A stretch of 63,373 bases of DNA, filler included, from an uncultured Clostridia bacterium (GCA_964441745.1; 3 parts of 3 records of this genome joined end to end with filler, not necessarily neighbours in it), one strand, 5' to 3'; shown: positions 10,264-20,671, counted from the first letter of the whole stretch. Program-made: numbers and translations. Notes: a model not told the origin generated them from the sequence alone.

Positions 10264-11327
10264 TTAAGATTAAGTCCAATATCCGTAATTACCAGGCTTC
10301 TTTCGGGAAAACACGGGATTATCTAGGTACGGTCCAAAAAGGCAAACAGCCGGTTTGTTTTGTTATCGATGAAAATGTGTGGTCCTTGTACTCTGGTACA
10401 GCTTTGGCTCGGTTGGACCAGGCGCAGGTCATTGTCTTGCCAATAAAGGAAGAAAAGAAAAACCTAAACACGGTCCAGTGGCTATATGATGCTTTAATGG
10501 AGCGTGCGGCTAAACGAAATCTCCTGCTGGTGTCTATTGGGGGAGGCATTACCCAGGACTTGACCGGATTCCTGGCCTCAACCCTGTATCGTGGGATTAC
10601 CTGGTTATTCATACCAACGACGTTGTTGGCCCAGGCTGACAGCTGTATCGGTAGTAAAACGTCGCTTAATTACAAAAATTATAAAAACCTGGTCGGGACA
10701 TTTTTCCCGCCTCACGAAATATTGATTGACACGGATTTTGTGCAGACCCTGGAGGAAGTCGATTTTTATAGCGGGATAGGGGAGATCATCAAACTTCATG
10801 TTATGGGCGGAGTTGCCAGTACCAGGACCATACTGCGGGAATTTAGTAAAATCACGGCCAAGCAACCCGCGGCGATAAATAAAGCGGTTAAAAATTCCCT
10901 GCAGATCAAAAAGAGTTATATAGAAGTTGATGAGTTTGACAGTGGCCGGCGGAATTTGTTGAATTATGGACATTGCGTCGGGCACGCCTTGGAGACTGCC
11001 TCTAAATTCAAGATACCGCATGGTCAGGCTGTCCTGTTGGGAATGGCGGTGGCTAACCTGGTTGCCAGGCAGCGGGGATTGCTGTCACCGGGATTGGAAT
11101 CCTTCCTGCGGGAAAAGTTGTTTTTACCGGCGGTGAAGGTAAAGCTGAAGAAAGCCTATCTGGCTGAGGGAGCGATCGTGCAAGCCATGAAGCAGGATAA
11201 AAAACGGACTGGTACAGGCCTGCCGCTGGTAATGCTGGGTGGCCAGTACAAGATGATGAAGGCCGGTGATGTGACACCGGAAGAGATCAGAACAGCCTTA
11301 CAGCAATTGGAAAACAGCATAATTTGA
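10254..11327 (+). CDS. 3-dehydroquinate-synthase-like sugar phosphate cyclase
   Basis: IGGGITQD, PTTLLAQADSCIGSKT, KNLVGTF, GEIIK, RNLLNYGHCVGHALE, HGQAV (NAD and Zn ligands retained). No other aro genes nearby. Confidence 0.85.
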   Translation: MPVIKIKSNIRNYQASFGKTRDYLGTVQKGKQPVCFVIDENVWSLYSGTALARLDQAQVIVLPIKEEKKNLNTVQWLYDALMERAAKRNLLLVSIGGGITQDLTGFLASTLYRGITWLFIPTTLLAQADSCIGSKTSLNYKNYKNLVGTFFPPHEILIDTDFVQTLEEVDFYSGIGEIIKLHVMGGVASTRTILREFSKITAKQPAAINKAVKNSLQIKKSYIEVDEFDSGRRNLLNYGHCVGHALETASKFKIPHGQAVLLGMAVANLVARQRGLLSPGLESFLREKLFLPAVKVKLKKAYLAEGAIVQAMKQDKKRTGTGLPLVMLGGQYKMMKAGDVTPEEIRTALQQLENSII

Positions 11328-11343
11328 GAAGGAGACAGGAATA

Positions 11344-12657
11344 ATGGGTACAGCAGAGAATAGCAGGAAAGAAGTTTTGAAAGCAGTCAGGAAATATTAC
11401 CAAGAAACTAAGAAAAAGAATCCTTATGTCCCGGGAAAATCTTTGATCAATTATGCCGGCCGGATATATGATGATAAAGAACTGGTTAACCTGGTAGATG
11501 CTTCGCTTGATTTCTGGCTGACTGCGGGAAGGTACGCCCAGGAATTTGAGCAAAAATTGGCTGATTTCCTCAAAGTGAAATATACCCTGTTAACTAATTC
11601 CGGTTCCTCTGCTAATTTATTGGCAATATCCGCTTTAACTTCTCCTTTACTGAAAGAAAGACAGCTCAAGCCGGGAGATGAAGTGATCACTACGGCCTGC
11701 GGTTTCCCGACTACCCTGAATCCGATCCTTCAGAATAACCTGGTCCCGGTATTCATTGATGTCGAACTGGGGACCTATAATATCCAGTCCGAACTTTTAG
11801 CCAAAGCATTGACTAAAAAAACTAAAGCCATTTTTGTGCCGCATACCCTGGGAAATCCCGTCAATATTGAAGCGATCACCCGGTTTGCCAGGAAACATAA
11901 CCTATGGTTCGTGGAAGATAATTGCGATGCCCTAGGCTCAAAATATAAAGGTAAGTTTACCGGTACTTTTGGCCATATCGCGACCTTTAGCTTTTATCCG
12001 GCTCATCATATTACGATGGGAGAAGGCGGGGCTTTGGCTACTAATGATCCCTTATTGCGCCGGTTGATCTTGTCATTCCGGGATTGGGGCCGGGACTGCT
12101 GGTGTGAGCCTGGGCATGACGATACCTGCCAGCGCCGGTTTTCCTGGCAATTAGGTAAACTGCCGTTTGGTTATGACCATAAATACACTTATTCCCATAT
12201 CGGGTACAATCTGAAAGTTACTGATATGCAGGCGGCAATAGGGGTGGCCCAACTGGAAAAACTACCGGCTTTTATTAAAGCCAGGCAGGATAATTTCGCA
12301 TTCCTCAGCAGGCTGTTTAAAAAATATGAGTCTTATTTTATTTTACCGCAAGCCACCAGGCAATCTGAGCCAAGCTGGTTCGGATTTCCGGTCATGGTCA
12401 AAGAGAAAGCGCCTTTCACCAGGGCTGATATTGTTAATCATTTGGAGAAAAATAAGATTGCTACCCGCATGCTTTTTGGCGGGAATTTGACCAAACAGCC
12501 GGCCTATGAAGGGATGAAATACCGGGTAGTGGGGAAACTGGATAATACTGACCTGGTAATGAATAACTTATTCTGGATTGGTGTCTATCCCGGTATTACC
12601 AAAGAAAAACTGGCGTATATAGCCGGTACAGTCACTAAATTCATGGAGCGATTATGA
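11344..12657 (+). CDS. rfbH: CDP-4-keto-6-deoxyglucose 3-dehydrase (E1, DdhC)
   Basis: NSGSSANL, EDNCDALG, FYPAHHITMGEGG (His in place of the Schiff-base Lys), Fe-S motif RDCWC...TC, YDHKY.YSHIGYN. Confidence 0.95.
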   Translation: MGTAENSRKEVLKAVRKYYQETKKKNPYVPGKSLINYAGRIYDDKELVNLVDASLDFWLTAGRYAQEFEQKLADFLKVKYTLLTNSGSSANLLAISALTSPLLKERQLKPGDEVITTACGFPTTLNPILQNNLVPVFIDVELGTYNIQSELLAKALTKKTKAIFVPHTLGNPVNIEAITRFARKHNLWFVEDNCDALGSKYKGKFTGTFGHIATFSFYPAHHITMGEGGALATNDPLLRRLILSFRDWGRDCWCEPGHDDTCQRRFSWQLGKLPFGYDHKYTYSHIGYNLKVTDMQAAIGVAQLEKLPAFIKARQDNFAFLSRLFKKYESYFILPQATRQSEPSWFGFPVMVKEKAPFTRADIVNHLEKNKIATRMLFGGNLTKQPAYEGMKYRVVGKLDNTDLVMNNLFWIGVYPGITKEKLAYIAGTVTKFMERL

Positions 12658-13586
12658 AAAAAATATCGATCATTACCGGGGTTTATAATGAGGAAGCCAC
12701 TGTTAAGGAAGTTTATGAGGTAATTAAAAATGAGTTCGGAAAATTGCAGGGCAGGTATGACTATGAACACATCTTTATGGATAATTGCAGCAGTGATAAT
12801 ACCCTAACAGTATTAAAAGAGATCGCGGCTAAGGACAAACGGGTAAAGATCCTTTCCTATTCTAAAAACTTTGGCCCGATCAAAACCGAATTTGTCGGCT
12901 ATCAGCATGCCATTGGCGATGCTGTCCTTGGTTATGAAGCTAATCTTAAAGATCCTCCAGAGTTAATAGCCGAGTTTGTCAAATACTGGGAAGACGGGTA
13001 TGATGTAGTTTATGGGGTCAGGAACAAAACCCAGGATAATTTTGTGATGTTATTTATGCGCAAGTTGTTTTATAAACTGGCGGATAAATTAAGCGATGAA
13101 CCTTTACCCCAAAATGCCGGGAGTTTCCGCCTGGTCGACCGCAAAGTAGTCAATGAACTGGTTAAAATTGACGATTATAAGCCGTATGTGCGCGGCTTGA
13201 TCAGCACTATCGGTTTTAAACAAATAGGTATTAATTATGAACGACGGGCCAGGCCTCGCGGCAAGTCAAAAAGCAATTTAGGATATCTCTTTGATTTTGC
13301 GATCAATACGTTCATCAGCTATTCGATAGTCCCGATTAGGTTCTGCACCTACACCGGAATAATCCTGGCTTGTTTAAGTTTCCTTTTAGCGGTACTATAT
13401 GTTTTTATGAAAATATTCTTCCCTGGTTTCCAGGCAGCTGGTATTGCAACAGTAGTTGTGTTAATTCTGTTCTTCTCAGGGATACAATTATTCTTCCTCG
13501 GCATCATCGGTGAATATGTCGGCGCTATCCACTCGCAGGTCCGCAAGAAACCCTTTGTAGTGATAAGAGAAAAGATAAATTTGTAA
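12654..13586 (+). CDS. GtrB-like GT2 (undecaprenyl-phosphate glycosyltransferase) with two C-terminal TM helices
   Basis: YNEE, DNCSSD, SKNFG, DPPELI, GYDVVYGVR, GSFRLVDR, LGIIGEY. The DAD motif appears as EAN. Confidence 0.85.
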   Translation: MKKISIITGVYNEEATVKEVYEVIKNEFGKLQGRYDYEHIFMDNCSSDNTLTVLKEIAAKDKRVKILSYSKNFGPIKTEFVGYQHAIGDAVLGYEANLKDPPELIAEFVKYWEDGYDVVYGVRNKTQDNFVMLFMRKLFYKLADKLSDEPLPQNAGSFRLVDRKVVNELVKIDDYKPYVRGLISTIGFKQIGINYERRARPRGKSKSNLGYLFDFAINTFISYSIVPIRFCTYTGIILACLSFLLAVLYVFMKIFFPGFQAAGIATVVVLILFFSGIQLFFLGIIGEYVGAIHSQVRKKPFVVIREKINL

Positions 13587-13602
13587 GAGGAGATATACGA
13601 AT

Positions 13603-15984
13603 TTGATTTTCAAGCGCAAGCTTAGAATTCTAATATATTTTATCCTGCTTTTAGTTGTCTTTAATATCTGGCAGTATTTTATTATAAAAAATAAAGCGAC
13701 TACTAATATTTTAACTCCAGAATTTAATATGTTCAGCCAGGTAGGGGTAATAGACCCGGTTAATCATGTGATAACCGGTAAAGGAGAGCAGGGTTTTCTT
13801 TGTTATGGACCATACCAGACTTTACCTCAGGGAAAATATTGGGTTGAATATACACTGCGCCTGCTTAATCAGGATCAAAAAGATGAACCGGGGAAGCAGC
13901 TAGGGTATGCTGATATAAATGTTATAGATCATCAGGATCATAACAGCAGTTCGGTTTTTACCTTAAAGGATTTCAAACGGCATAATCCGCTTACGGTAAA
14001 AGTAAAAGTCAATATACCTGAGGGATACCCGAAACTGGAATACCGTGTTCAGCAAAATGCCGGCAATAACTTACAACTGGAAGCGATTAAAGTTTACCCG
14101 GCAGACCTTTTACCCGGCAAAAAGAAAAGTAAAGCTATTTTAGTGAACCTGTCCATACTGGCAGTATTTATCCTGCTCTTTAGCATCCCCTGGAAAAAGC
14201 TCTGGTCCATCCCCCGGAAAAGAAAACTATTATTAATTATGGTTGTCTTAATAGTCGCGGAGATAGTGCTCTACAAAGCGACTTCATCAACTAATATGTT
14301 TTCAGGTAGATTCCCTTTTTATTCACAGATATCAAGTTTTGATAAAAAGAACAATATTCATAATGATAATAAGTCCGGATTTCTTTTGTATGGCCCGTAT
14401 TGGACACTAAAACCAGGTAATTATGTGGCCAGATTTAAGATACTTGAAAATACCTGCGCTACTGGAGATTTCGGTTATGTCGATGCCTCCAGTCTGGATG
14501 ATCCCAGGGTGAACAGTTCAGCTACTCTGAACACAAAAGATTTCACTCCAGGAGCAGAAAGAGAGATAATAGTTAAATTCCGGGTGATGGAAGGTCAGCC
14601 GCGAATAGAATTACGGGTATTTTCTTTCGGTAATAATAATTTCACGGTAAAAGGGCTTAAGGTGAAGTCCCTGGGGATTCATGATGCTTTTCTTTTAGCC
14701 AATTTTACCTTGATTTTAGGTGGCCTGCCGCTTTTTATATACTTTAAGAAAATCCGGTTCAAGGACCTAACCACTTCCAGAAAAATGAGGTTTTTTGTTT
14801 ATATTTGCCTGGCTGGCATGATTATCAGCCTGGGCTATCATTTGTTCCAGTCAAAGATCAACAAATACGGACCGCCTCATAATTCTTTCCTTTTCGATTC
14901 CCTGGTAAGATACGGGGATTATGACCAGACTTATAATTACGTGGCTGGCCTGAAGGAGGGGAAGGATCCATTTGCGGGAGAGCTTCCCGCTGTATATTTC
15001 CCATTCACTTTTATTGCGCTTTATCCTTTAACCATGCTTTCCGCCAAGGTAAGTTTGCAGGTATTTATAGCTTTGGTGTCCATCGCTTTTCTGATTTTTC
15101 TTTTCAGCCGCTCCCGAAGTTATTTATTTGCTTTTTTCACAGTTTTACTTTCATATCCCTTGTTTTTCTTATTAGACCGGGGTAATATCGAAGGACTGCT
15201 TTTTCTGATCCTGGCTTTGTTTCTTTATCTTTTCCAAACAAAAAAATATCTTCTTTCAGCCATTGTCCTGGCACTGGCGATAAGCCTGAAACTATATCCA
15301 GCTATTTTACTGGTCTTGTTCCTGAGTGAAAAACGCTATAAAGATTTTTATTGGGGAATGGCGGCGGCGGCTTTTTTTACTTTCGCCGGATTGCTCTTTC
15401 TTAGCTCTAAAACTCAAATACCGGTCAGCGATGTGATTGATCATTTTCTTTTCAGCCTGGATAAATTCAAAACAATGTATTATGGCAGTAGGACCGGTGG
15501 CTTTGATGTACATTTCAATCACACTTTCTGTAATCTCATCAAGAGCTTAAATCTGTTTAATCCTTTATTTAAAGATATCAACCTGTTGATTAGGGTATAT
15601 AATTATGCCATAGCCGGCCTTTCCCTTCTTTTAAGCTGGTATGTGATCAAGATAGAAAAAACACAATGGCGCAAATGGACATTGCTGATCCTGGCCATGA
15701 TCTTTTTCCCTAATGTGTCTTTTGATTATACATTGATCAACCTTTATCTCCCGTTAATGTTGTTCCTGACTGTACCAGGAGAAAAAGATGATCTGGCTTT
15801 TTGTCTCTTATTCGGGCTGCTGCTGATCCCTAAACATTATTTTATTATTGATGGGATGTTCAGCTTGGGTACTTTTCTTACGCCTGTGCTGGCTATAGTT
15901 ATGATGGTTTTAATAATATTATCAGCAAAAAATGAAAGAAAAACAGATCTGCCGGAAAAGCTTATACCGGGCTGCGGGATTTAG
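13603..15984 (+). CDS. Membrane protein with two YGPY beta-sandwich domains and a GT87/DUF2029-like GT-C domain
   Basis: Two internal repeats (GFLCYGPY, GFLLYGPY). Multi-TM C-terminus with VYFPF, LDRGNIE, LKLYP and FDY. TTG start after GAGGAG. Confidence 0.7.
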   Translation: MIFKRKLRILIYFILLLVVFNIWQYFIIKNKATTNILTPEFNMFSQVGVIDPVNHVITGKGEQGFLCYGPYQTLPQGKYWVEYTLRLLNQDQKDEPGKQLGYADINVIDHQDHNSSSVFTLKDFKRHNPLTVKVKVNIPEGYPKLEYRVQQNAGNNLQLEAIKVYPADLLPGKKKSKAILVNLSILAVFILLFSIPWKKLWSIPRKRKLLLIMVVLIVAEIVLYKATSSTNMFSGRFPFYSQISSFDKKNNIHNDNKSGFLLYGPYWTLKPGNYVARFKILENTCATGDFGYVDASSLDDPRVNSSATLNTKDFTPGAEREIIVKFRVMEGQPRIELRVFSFGNNNFTVKGLKVKSLGIHDAFLLANFTLILGGLPLFIYFKKIRFKDLTTSRKMRFFVYICLAGMIISLGYHLFQSKINKYGPPHNSFLFDSLVRYGDYDQTYNYVAGLKEGKDPFAGELPAVYFPFTFIALYPLTMLSAKVSLQVFIALVSIAFLIFLFSRSRSYLFAFFTVLLSYPLFFLLDRGNIEGLLFLILALFLYLFQTKKYLLSAIVLALAISLKLYPAILLVLFLSEKRYKDFYWGMAAAAFFTFAGLLFLSSKTQIPVSDVIDHFLFSLDKFKTMYYGSRTGGFDVHFNHTFCNLIKSLNLFNPLFKDINLLIRVYNYAIAGLSLLLSWYVIKIEKTQWRKWTLLILAMIFFPNVSFDYTLINLYLPLMLFLTVPGEKDDLAFCLLFGLLLIPKHYFIIDGMFSLGTFLTPVLAIVMMVLIILSAKNERKTDLPEKLIPGCGI

Positions 15985-15997
15985 GGGAGAGAAAAGT

Positions 15998-18313
15998 ATG
16001 AAGAAACTGCTATTAATTGTTCTGGCCATCGTACTCATTGCCGGGGAATATTACTGGTTCCGGCAGTCATCCAGGATCGATATCCTGTCGGGAAAATACC
16101 AAATGTTTTCCCAAATCTCGGCTTTTGATGACCAGAATCATGTTGCCGGGGACGGCAGTAAACAAGGATATTTGGCCTTTGGGCCATATCTGCCTTTAAA
16201 TAAAGGTGAGTATACCATAATATATACTTTACGCTTAAAGGATACTGATTTTAAGGATCTGGGGAAAAAGGTTGGCGTTTGTGATGTTAATTTGGCTAAT
16301 TATCCTCAAAAGAATGTGTCCAGGGAGTTTACGGTACATGATTTTAAAAGAAACAATCCTGCTACGATAGCCTTACGCTTCAATGTGCCTGTTAGCATGA
16401 CGGCAACAGAATTCCGGGTTTTACTTTTTGGGGGGAATAATTTAATACTGGAAGGTATGCACCTGCAGTCGCATAGCCTCGGACAAGCTCTTGGCCTCGT
16501 GAAAAATTCCTTTCTTAAATATAATTTTCTAATGGTTATCTTTATCTTTATAATTTATGTGGCAGCTTATGTTTATCGCCGGTACAGGCAAAATAAGATT
16601 AGTGGCGCTATTATTGCTTATCAGGAAGAGGATATCGTGCCAGAAGGCATCCCGATAAGTTTTTTAATCCAATTGGCGGTAGTTGCTTTTTTTGCGTTAA
16701 TGTCGTTAAATGCCAAATATCTGGATGCTTTAAAAATACCTATACTGGTAACTAACCAGATGGTCTGGTTGGGAATAGAAGTTATTTTAGTGCTCTTTCT
16801 AAGTAAGGTATTGAAATGGCCTAAACCGATTATCCAGTTTCAACTTGTTGATACGGTTATGTTCTTAAGCGTTTTTGGCGTGATCTTCTGGCTGCTGCTC
16901 AAGCCATCATTGCCATCGCTGATGCCGATTAATTTCAGTAATGACTGCGTGATCCATTTTGCCGGGACAGATTTTATCTACAACCGGGGATTTTTGAGCG
17001 GATCCAATGTTTCTTCTTACCCGTTTGGATATCATCTGGTGACAGCTATGCTGGCCCAAATGAGTGGAATCCCACCCATCAAGATGCTGCAGTTGTTATT
17101 GATATTTTCAATAGCCCTGACTACGGCTATGGTTTATGCTTTGATTAACCGGCTTTTTCATCTAACCAAGGACGGTAAATTAATGTCCTTCCTGGTCATT
17201 TTGACTCTCTTCTGGGTCCGGGGCTATTATGAATTATCCTTCAACCAGTTCTTCCATGCTCCTATGATCTTTAGTTATCTGTTCCTGATCTCTTTCTTAT
17301 GGGCGATGTTTGAATATGACCATCTCCCTAAGCCATTTGTTTTATTGGCGCTTAATTTTGCGGCCATAGGATTAGCTTATGCTTATACCTCCTATTTGCC
17401 CTTGGTGTTATTGCCCTTAGTGCTATTTTTACTGTTTAAACGGAAGACAGCATTTAAAACCAGGATCAGTGAGATGATCATAGCCATATTGCCGGCGGCC
17501 GTATTGGCCATAGTGCATCTTAAAGCTGGCGGCACGACCACATTAGGCCTAAGGATTATGTACCATGAAGGGTACTGCATTCCTTTTAGGTTCTGGGATT
17601 TCGGTGACTTTGGAGATCACCGGATAGGGGGAGTGTTCCTGGTATGGTCGCTAATCGGTTTGGTGGTGTATTGCTTTAGTCCTTATGCTAATGCGGCGGT
17701 ATTATTTTTTACTTTTATTTTCCTGTTCTATTTCGGTATTTTCTTTGTTCTCAAGCGGTATTTTAATATATTTTCCTATTATCAGGCCTATAAAGTGCTC
17801 TATTTTGTACCCTATTTAGCGGTCTTGTATCTAGCTAGTGTTTTACAAGTGATCAGGAAATATTTTTTACGCATAGTAAAGCCGATCATTGGAGAACCGG
17901 TTCATAAAATATTGGCTGTTTTCTGGCTCTGCCTGATCCTCTGGCAAGGCATTAATGTTTACAAGCTGGAAAACTATAAACCGGTTTATGTAGAAAGAAT
18001 AACAGAGCCGGTATATTTAGCGACTGACTGGGCCAGGAATCACATTAAGGATAAACTATTCTTTATTTATCATCACTCTAATATCGGTAACTGGATGCGT
18101 CAAGGTTTTATGGATGAAAGAATGAGTGACCAGTATTATGGTGAAGTTTTTGGGCCAATACTGCCGACCTTAAAAAATTGGCTGGAAACAGCTAAAAGCG
18201 GTGAAGTAGCGGTAGTGGATGACTTGAATAATCCGCCTTTAGCTGATGCTCTTAGGCAGCAATTAGAAATACTGTATCAGAAAGAAAACAGCGCCGTGAT
18301 CAGGAAGAGGTAA
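15998..18313 (+). CDS. Polytopic membrane protein with one YGPY domain and a GT-C-like region
   Basis: GYLAFGPY domain, then about 12 hydrophobic segments with SNDCVIH and YPFGYH loop motifs. Start moved to ATG 15998 after GGGGAGAG. Confidence 0.6.
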   Translation: MKKLLLIVLAIVLIAGEYYWFRQSSRIDILSGKYQMFSQISAFDDQNHVAGDGSKQGYLAFGPYLPLNKGEYTIIYTLRLKDTDFKDLGKKVGVCDVNLANYPQKNVSREFTVHDFKRNNPATIALRFNVPVSMTATEFRVLLFGGNNLILEGMHLQSHSLGQALGLVKNSFLKYNFLMVIFIFIIYVAAYVYRRYRQNKISGAIIAYQEEDIVPEGIPISFLIQLAVVAFFALMSLNAKYLDALKIPILVTNQMVWLGIEVILVLFLSKVLKWPKPIIQFQLVDTVMFLSVFGVIFWLLLKPSLPSLMPINFSNDCVIHFAGTDFIYNRGFLSGSNVSSYPFGYHLVTAMLAQMSGIPPIKMLQLLLIFSIALTTAMVYALINRLFHLTKDGKLMSFLVILTLFWVRGYYELSFNQFFHAPMIFSYLFLISFLWAMFEYDHLPKPFVLLALNFAAIGLAYAYTSYLPLVLLPLVLFLLFKRKTAFKTRISEMIIAILPAAVLAIVHLKAGGTTTLGLRIMYHEGYCIPFRFWDFGDFGDHRIGGVFLVWSLIGLVVYCFSPYANAAVLFFTFIFLFYFGIFFVLKRYFNIFSYYQAYKVLYFVPYLAVLYLASVLQVIRKYFLRIVKPIIGEPVHKILAVFWLCLILWQGINVYKLENYKPVYVERITEPVYLATDWARNHIKDKLFFIYHHSNIGNWMRQGFMDERMSDQYYGEVFGPILPTLKNWLETAKSGEVAVVDDLNNPPLADALRQQLEILYQKENSAVIRKR

Positions 18314-18319
18314 GACTCA

Positions 18320-19657
18320 ATGATGGAATATTTCCGGCGAAAAAGCCCCAGAACAAAAAAAATGCTGATTGGTTCATCTTCCCTGGCGTTCTCACGGGTT
18401 ATTTGCGCCTTGCTGGGATTCGTCAGCACTGGGATCATCGCCCGCTACTTAGGGGGAGAAGAATTCGGGCTTTGGGCCTTGGTTATGTCCATGCCGGGAT
18501 TATTCGCCGGTTTTGACCTGGGATTCTCTAATTCCCTGAAAAACAAACTTTCTGTGCTTTATGCGCAGAAAAATGAGAAAGAAAGCCAGAGTTATTTCTT
18601 TTCTATTTTTTACGGTTTTTCTATATTAACCCTATTTCTGATGATCACTGTTTTTTTATTTAAGCCGCTAATCCCTTGGCCGTGGCTCTTTAAGACCTCT
18701 CTGGCCAGTATTGATAAGATGGGCTCATTTCTGTTCACTGCCAATATTTTCGTTATACTTGCCACAATCCCATTTTCCCTGGCTTATTCAGCCGGGTTTT
18801 ACAGCTATCAGGAAAGTCACTTAAACTCACTTTTTACCCTGTTGGGCCCGGTAATTACCCTGTTGATGCTGGTGGTGTTGGTCCCGCTGAAGGCATCATT
18901 TGTTACTATTACCATGATGTTTATTTTTACCGGATTACTGATCTATGTAATTTCTTTCCTGGTATTTCTGGTCAAAAGGCACTGGACTTTCATTGCTTTA
19001 AATCCAGCAGCCATGTTCCAAAAGATCAAAGAACTTTTTTCCACGAGTGCCCAGTTTGTACTGATCCAGGTTGCGGCGGGGATTTTCTTCTCCATCGACC
19101 CATTTATCGTCAGCAAGACAACCGGGTTGGCTGTGGCCGGGGATTATTACCTGATTAAAAAGATCTGCACTATCGCGGTAATCACCCATTTGTCTTCATT
19201 AGGCGCGGTCTGGCCGGCCTATACCGAAGCAGCGGAAAACAAAGACCTGGCCTGGATCAAGAAAGTCCTTAAGAGTGTGGCTATTTACACCTTGATCGCT
19301 TTTGCCGTGTTTATTATCTTCCTTTACTACCTGGGCAATCCCTTCATCCATCTTTGGACAGGGAAGATGATTAAAGAACCGTCCTGGTTCGTCCTGTTGG
19401 GGATCTGGGCTCTTTTTTATGCCTGGGGTAATGCTTTCTCTGTTTTTCTCAATGCCATCAATAACCTGAAACTGCAGTTGTTATGGAGCTTCCTGGCTAC
19501 TGTGTTCATTATCCCGCTCTCTTTGTGGCTGGCGAAGCTTTACGGATTACCCGGGGTGATCCTGGCACAGCTTATATTGATGGCTCCGGCCACTATCGGT
19601 AATACCATACAAACAGTTTTATATATTAAAAAAAAGAGTAAGGTTGTTTCTTCCTAA
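18320..19657 (+). CDS. wzx: Wzx-type oligosaccharide flippase (MOP superfamily)
   Basis: ARYLGGEEFGLW, DLG, about 12 TM segments, WPAYTEA. Glycan-cluster context. Confidence 0.8.
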   Translation: MMEYFRRKSPRTKKMLIGSSSLAFSRVICALLGFVSTGIIARYLGGEEFGLWALVMSMPGLFAGFDLGFSNSLKNKLSVLYAQKNEKESQSYFFSIFYGFSILTLFLMITVFLFKPLIPWPWLFKTSLASIDKMGSFLFTANIFVILATIPFSLAYSAGFYSYQESHLNSLFTLLGPVITLLMLVVLVPLKASFVTITMMFIFTGLLIYVISFLVFLVKRHWTFIALNPAAMFQKIKELFSTSAQFVLIQVAAGIFFSIDPFIVSKTTGLAVAGDYYLIKKICTIAVITHLSSLGAVWPAYTEAAENKDLAWIKKVLKSVAIYTLIAFAVFIIFLYYLGNPFIHLWTGKMIKEPSWFVLLGIWALFYAWGNAFSVFLNAINNLKLQLLWSFLATVFIIPLSLWLAKLYGLPGVILAQLILMAPATIGNTIQTVLYIKKKSKVVSS

Positions 19658-19672
19658 AGATACCGAGGTCTA

Positions 19673-20671
19673 ATGTCTATTCCGAAAGTAACCATTGCCA
19701 TACCTACCTATAACCGGGGCAAGTATCTACCGGAAGCGGTCGAAAGCGCTCTTAACCAGGATTATCCTGAGCTTGAAGTGATCGTATCAGATAATGCTTC
19801 AACTGATAATACCTTAGAAATTATTGAGAAATATAAAAAAAATCCACGCTTTTTTTTCTACCGCACAGAAGACAACCAGGGAGCGCGCGGCAACTGGGAA
19901 AAACTGCTATATAAATACTCAACCGGTGACTGGTTCATGGTCCTTGGTAGTGATGATTATCTCCTGGACCCAGCCTATGTCACCAAGTGTATGGCTATTG
20001 CGAGTGAAGACAAAGAGATAATATTGTGTCATGGCAATCTGCGCTTTTTGTATGAACTGGAAAACCGGCAGGAGGACACTGTAAAAAACTGCCCGCGCAT
20101 CACTGCCGGGGGATGGTATTTTTGGGATATAAACAAGGCAGTACAGGTGCATATCGCTAATGCTCTCTTTAAACGTGATGAGGCAATCAAACTAAATGCG
20201 TTGCGCGAAGATTATGTTGGCGGAGATGCGGTCCTGCTTGGTAAGCTGTTGCTGACCGGCAAAGTTGGTTTTACCCCGTCTGTCGGGGTAGCCTATCGTA
20301 TTCACGGAGAAAATGATACCTATAAAGCCAGCCTGGACCGGATCTTTGACCATTTCCAGTGCTATGACCAGGTCTATGATTTTGCCCTGGGGCTTCATCC
20401 GGATAAGAAAAATGAATTGCGGCAGTGGAAAAAGAAATGGCGCCAGACCTTTTTTAAAGGGTACTACTATAACCTGGCCAAAACCAATAAGCTAAAAGCG
20501 CTAAGGTTCCTGTGGCGCGGATTAGTCACACATCCGCTACTGATGCTCGGCATCTATAGCCGCCCGCAAAACTTCGGGGCGCTCTTGTTAAGCTTGGCAG
20601 TAAGTAACAAAACATTTGCCAAACTGCAAGCCAGGCACACAAAGAAAGAGTTGAATAATGGATTATCCTAA
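19673..20671 (+). CDS. GT2 family glycosyltransferase
   Basis: IPTYNR, VSDNASTD, GSDD, YRIH. Confidence 0.88.
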   Translation: MSIPKVTIAIPTYNRGKYLPEAVESALNQDYPELEVIVSDNASTDNTLEIIEKYKKNPRFFFYRTEDNQGARGNWEKLLYKYSTGDWFMVLGSDDYLLDPAYVTKCMAIASEDKEIILCHGNLRFLYELENRQEDTVKNCPRITAGGWYFWDINKAVQVHIANALFKRDEAIKLNALREDYVGGDAVLLGKLLLTGKVGFTPSVGVAYRIHGENDTYKASLDRIFDHFQCYDQVYDFALGLHPDKKNELRQWKKKWRQTFFKGYYYNLAKTNKLKALRFLWRGLVTHPLLMLGIYSRPQNFGALLLSLAVSNKTFAKLQARHTKKELNNGLS

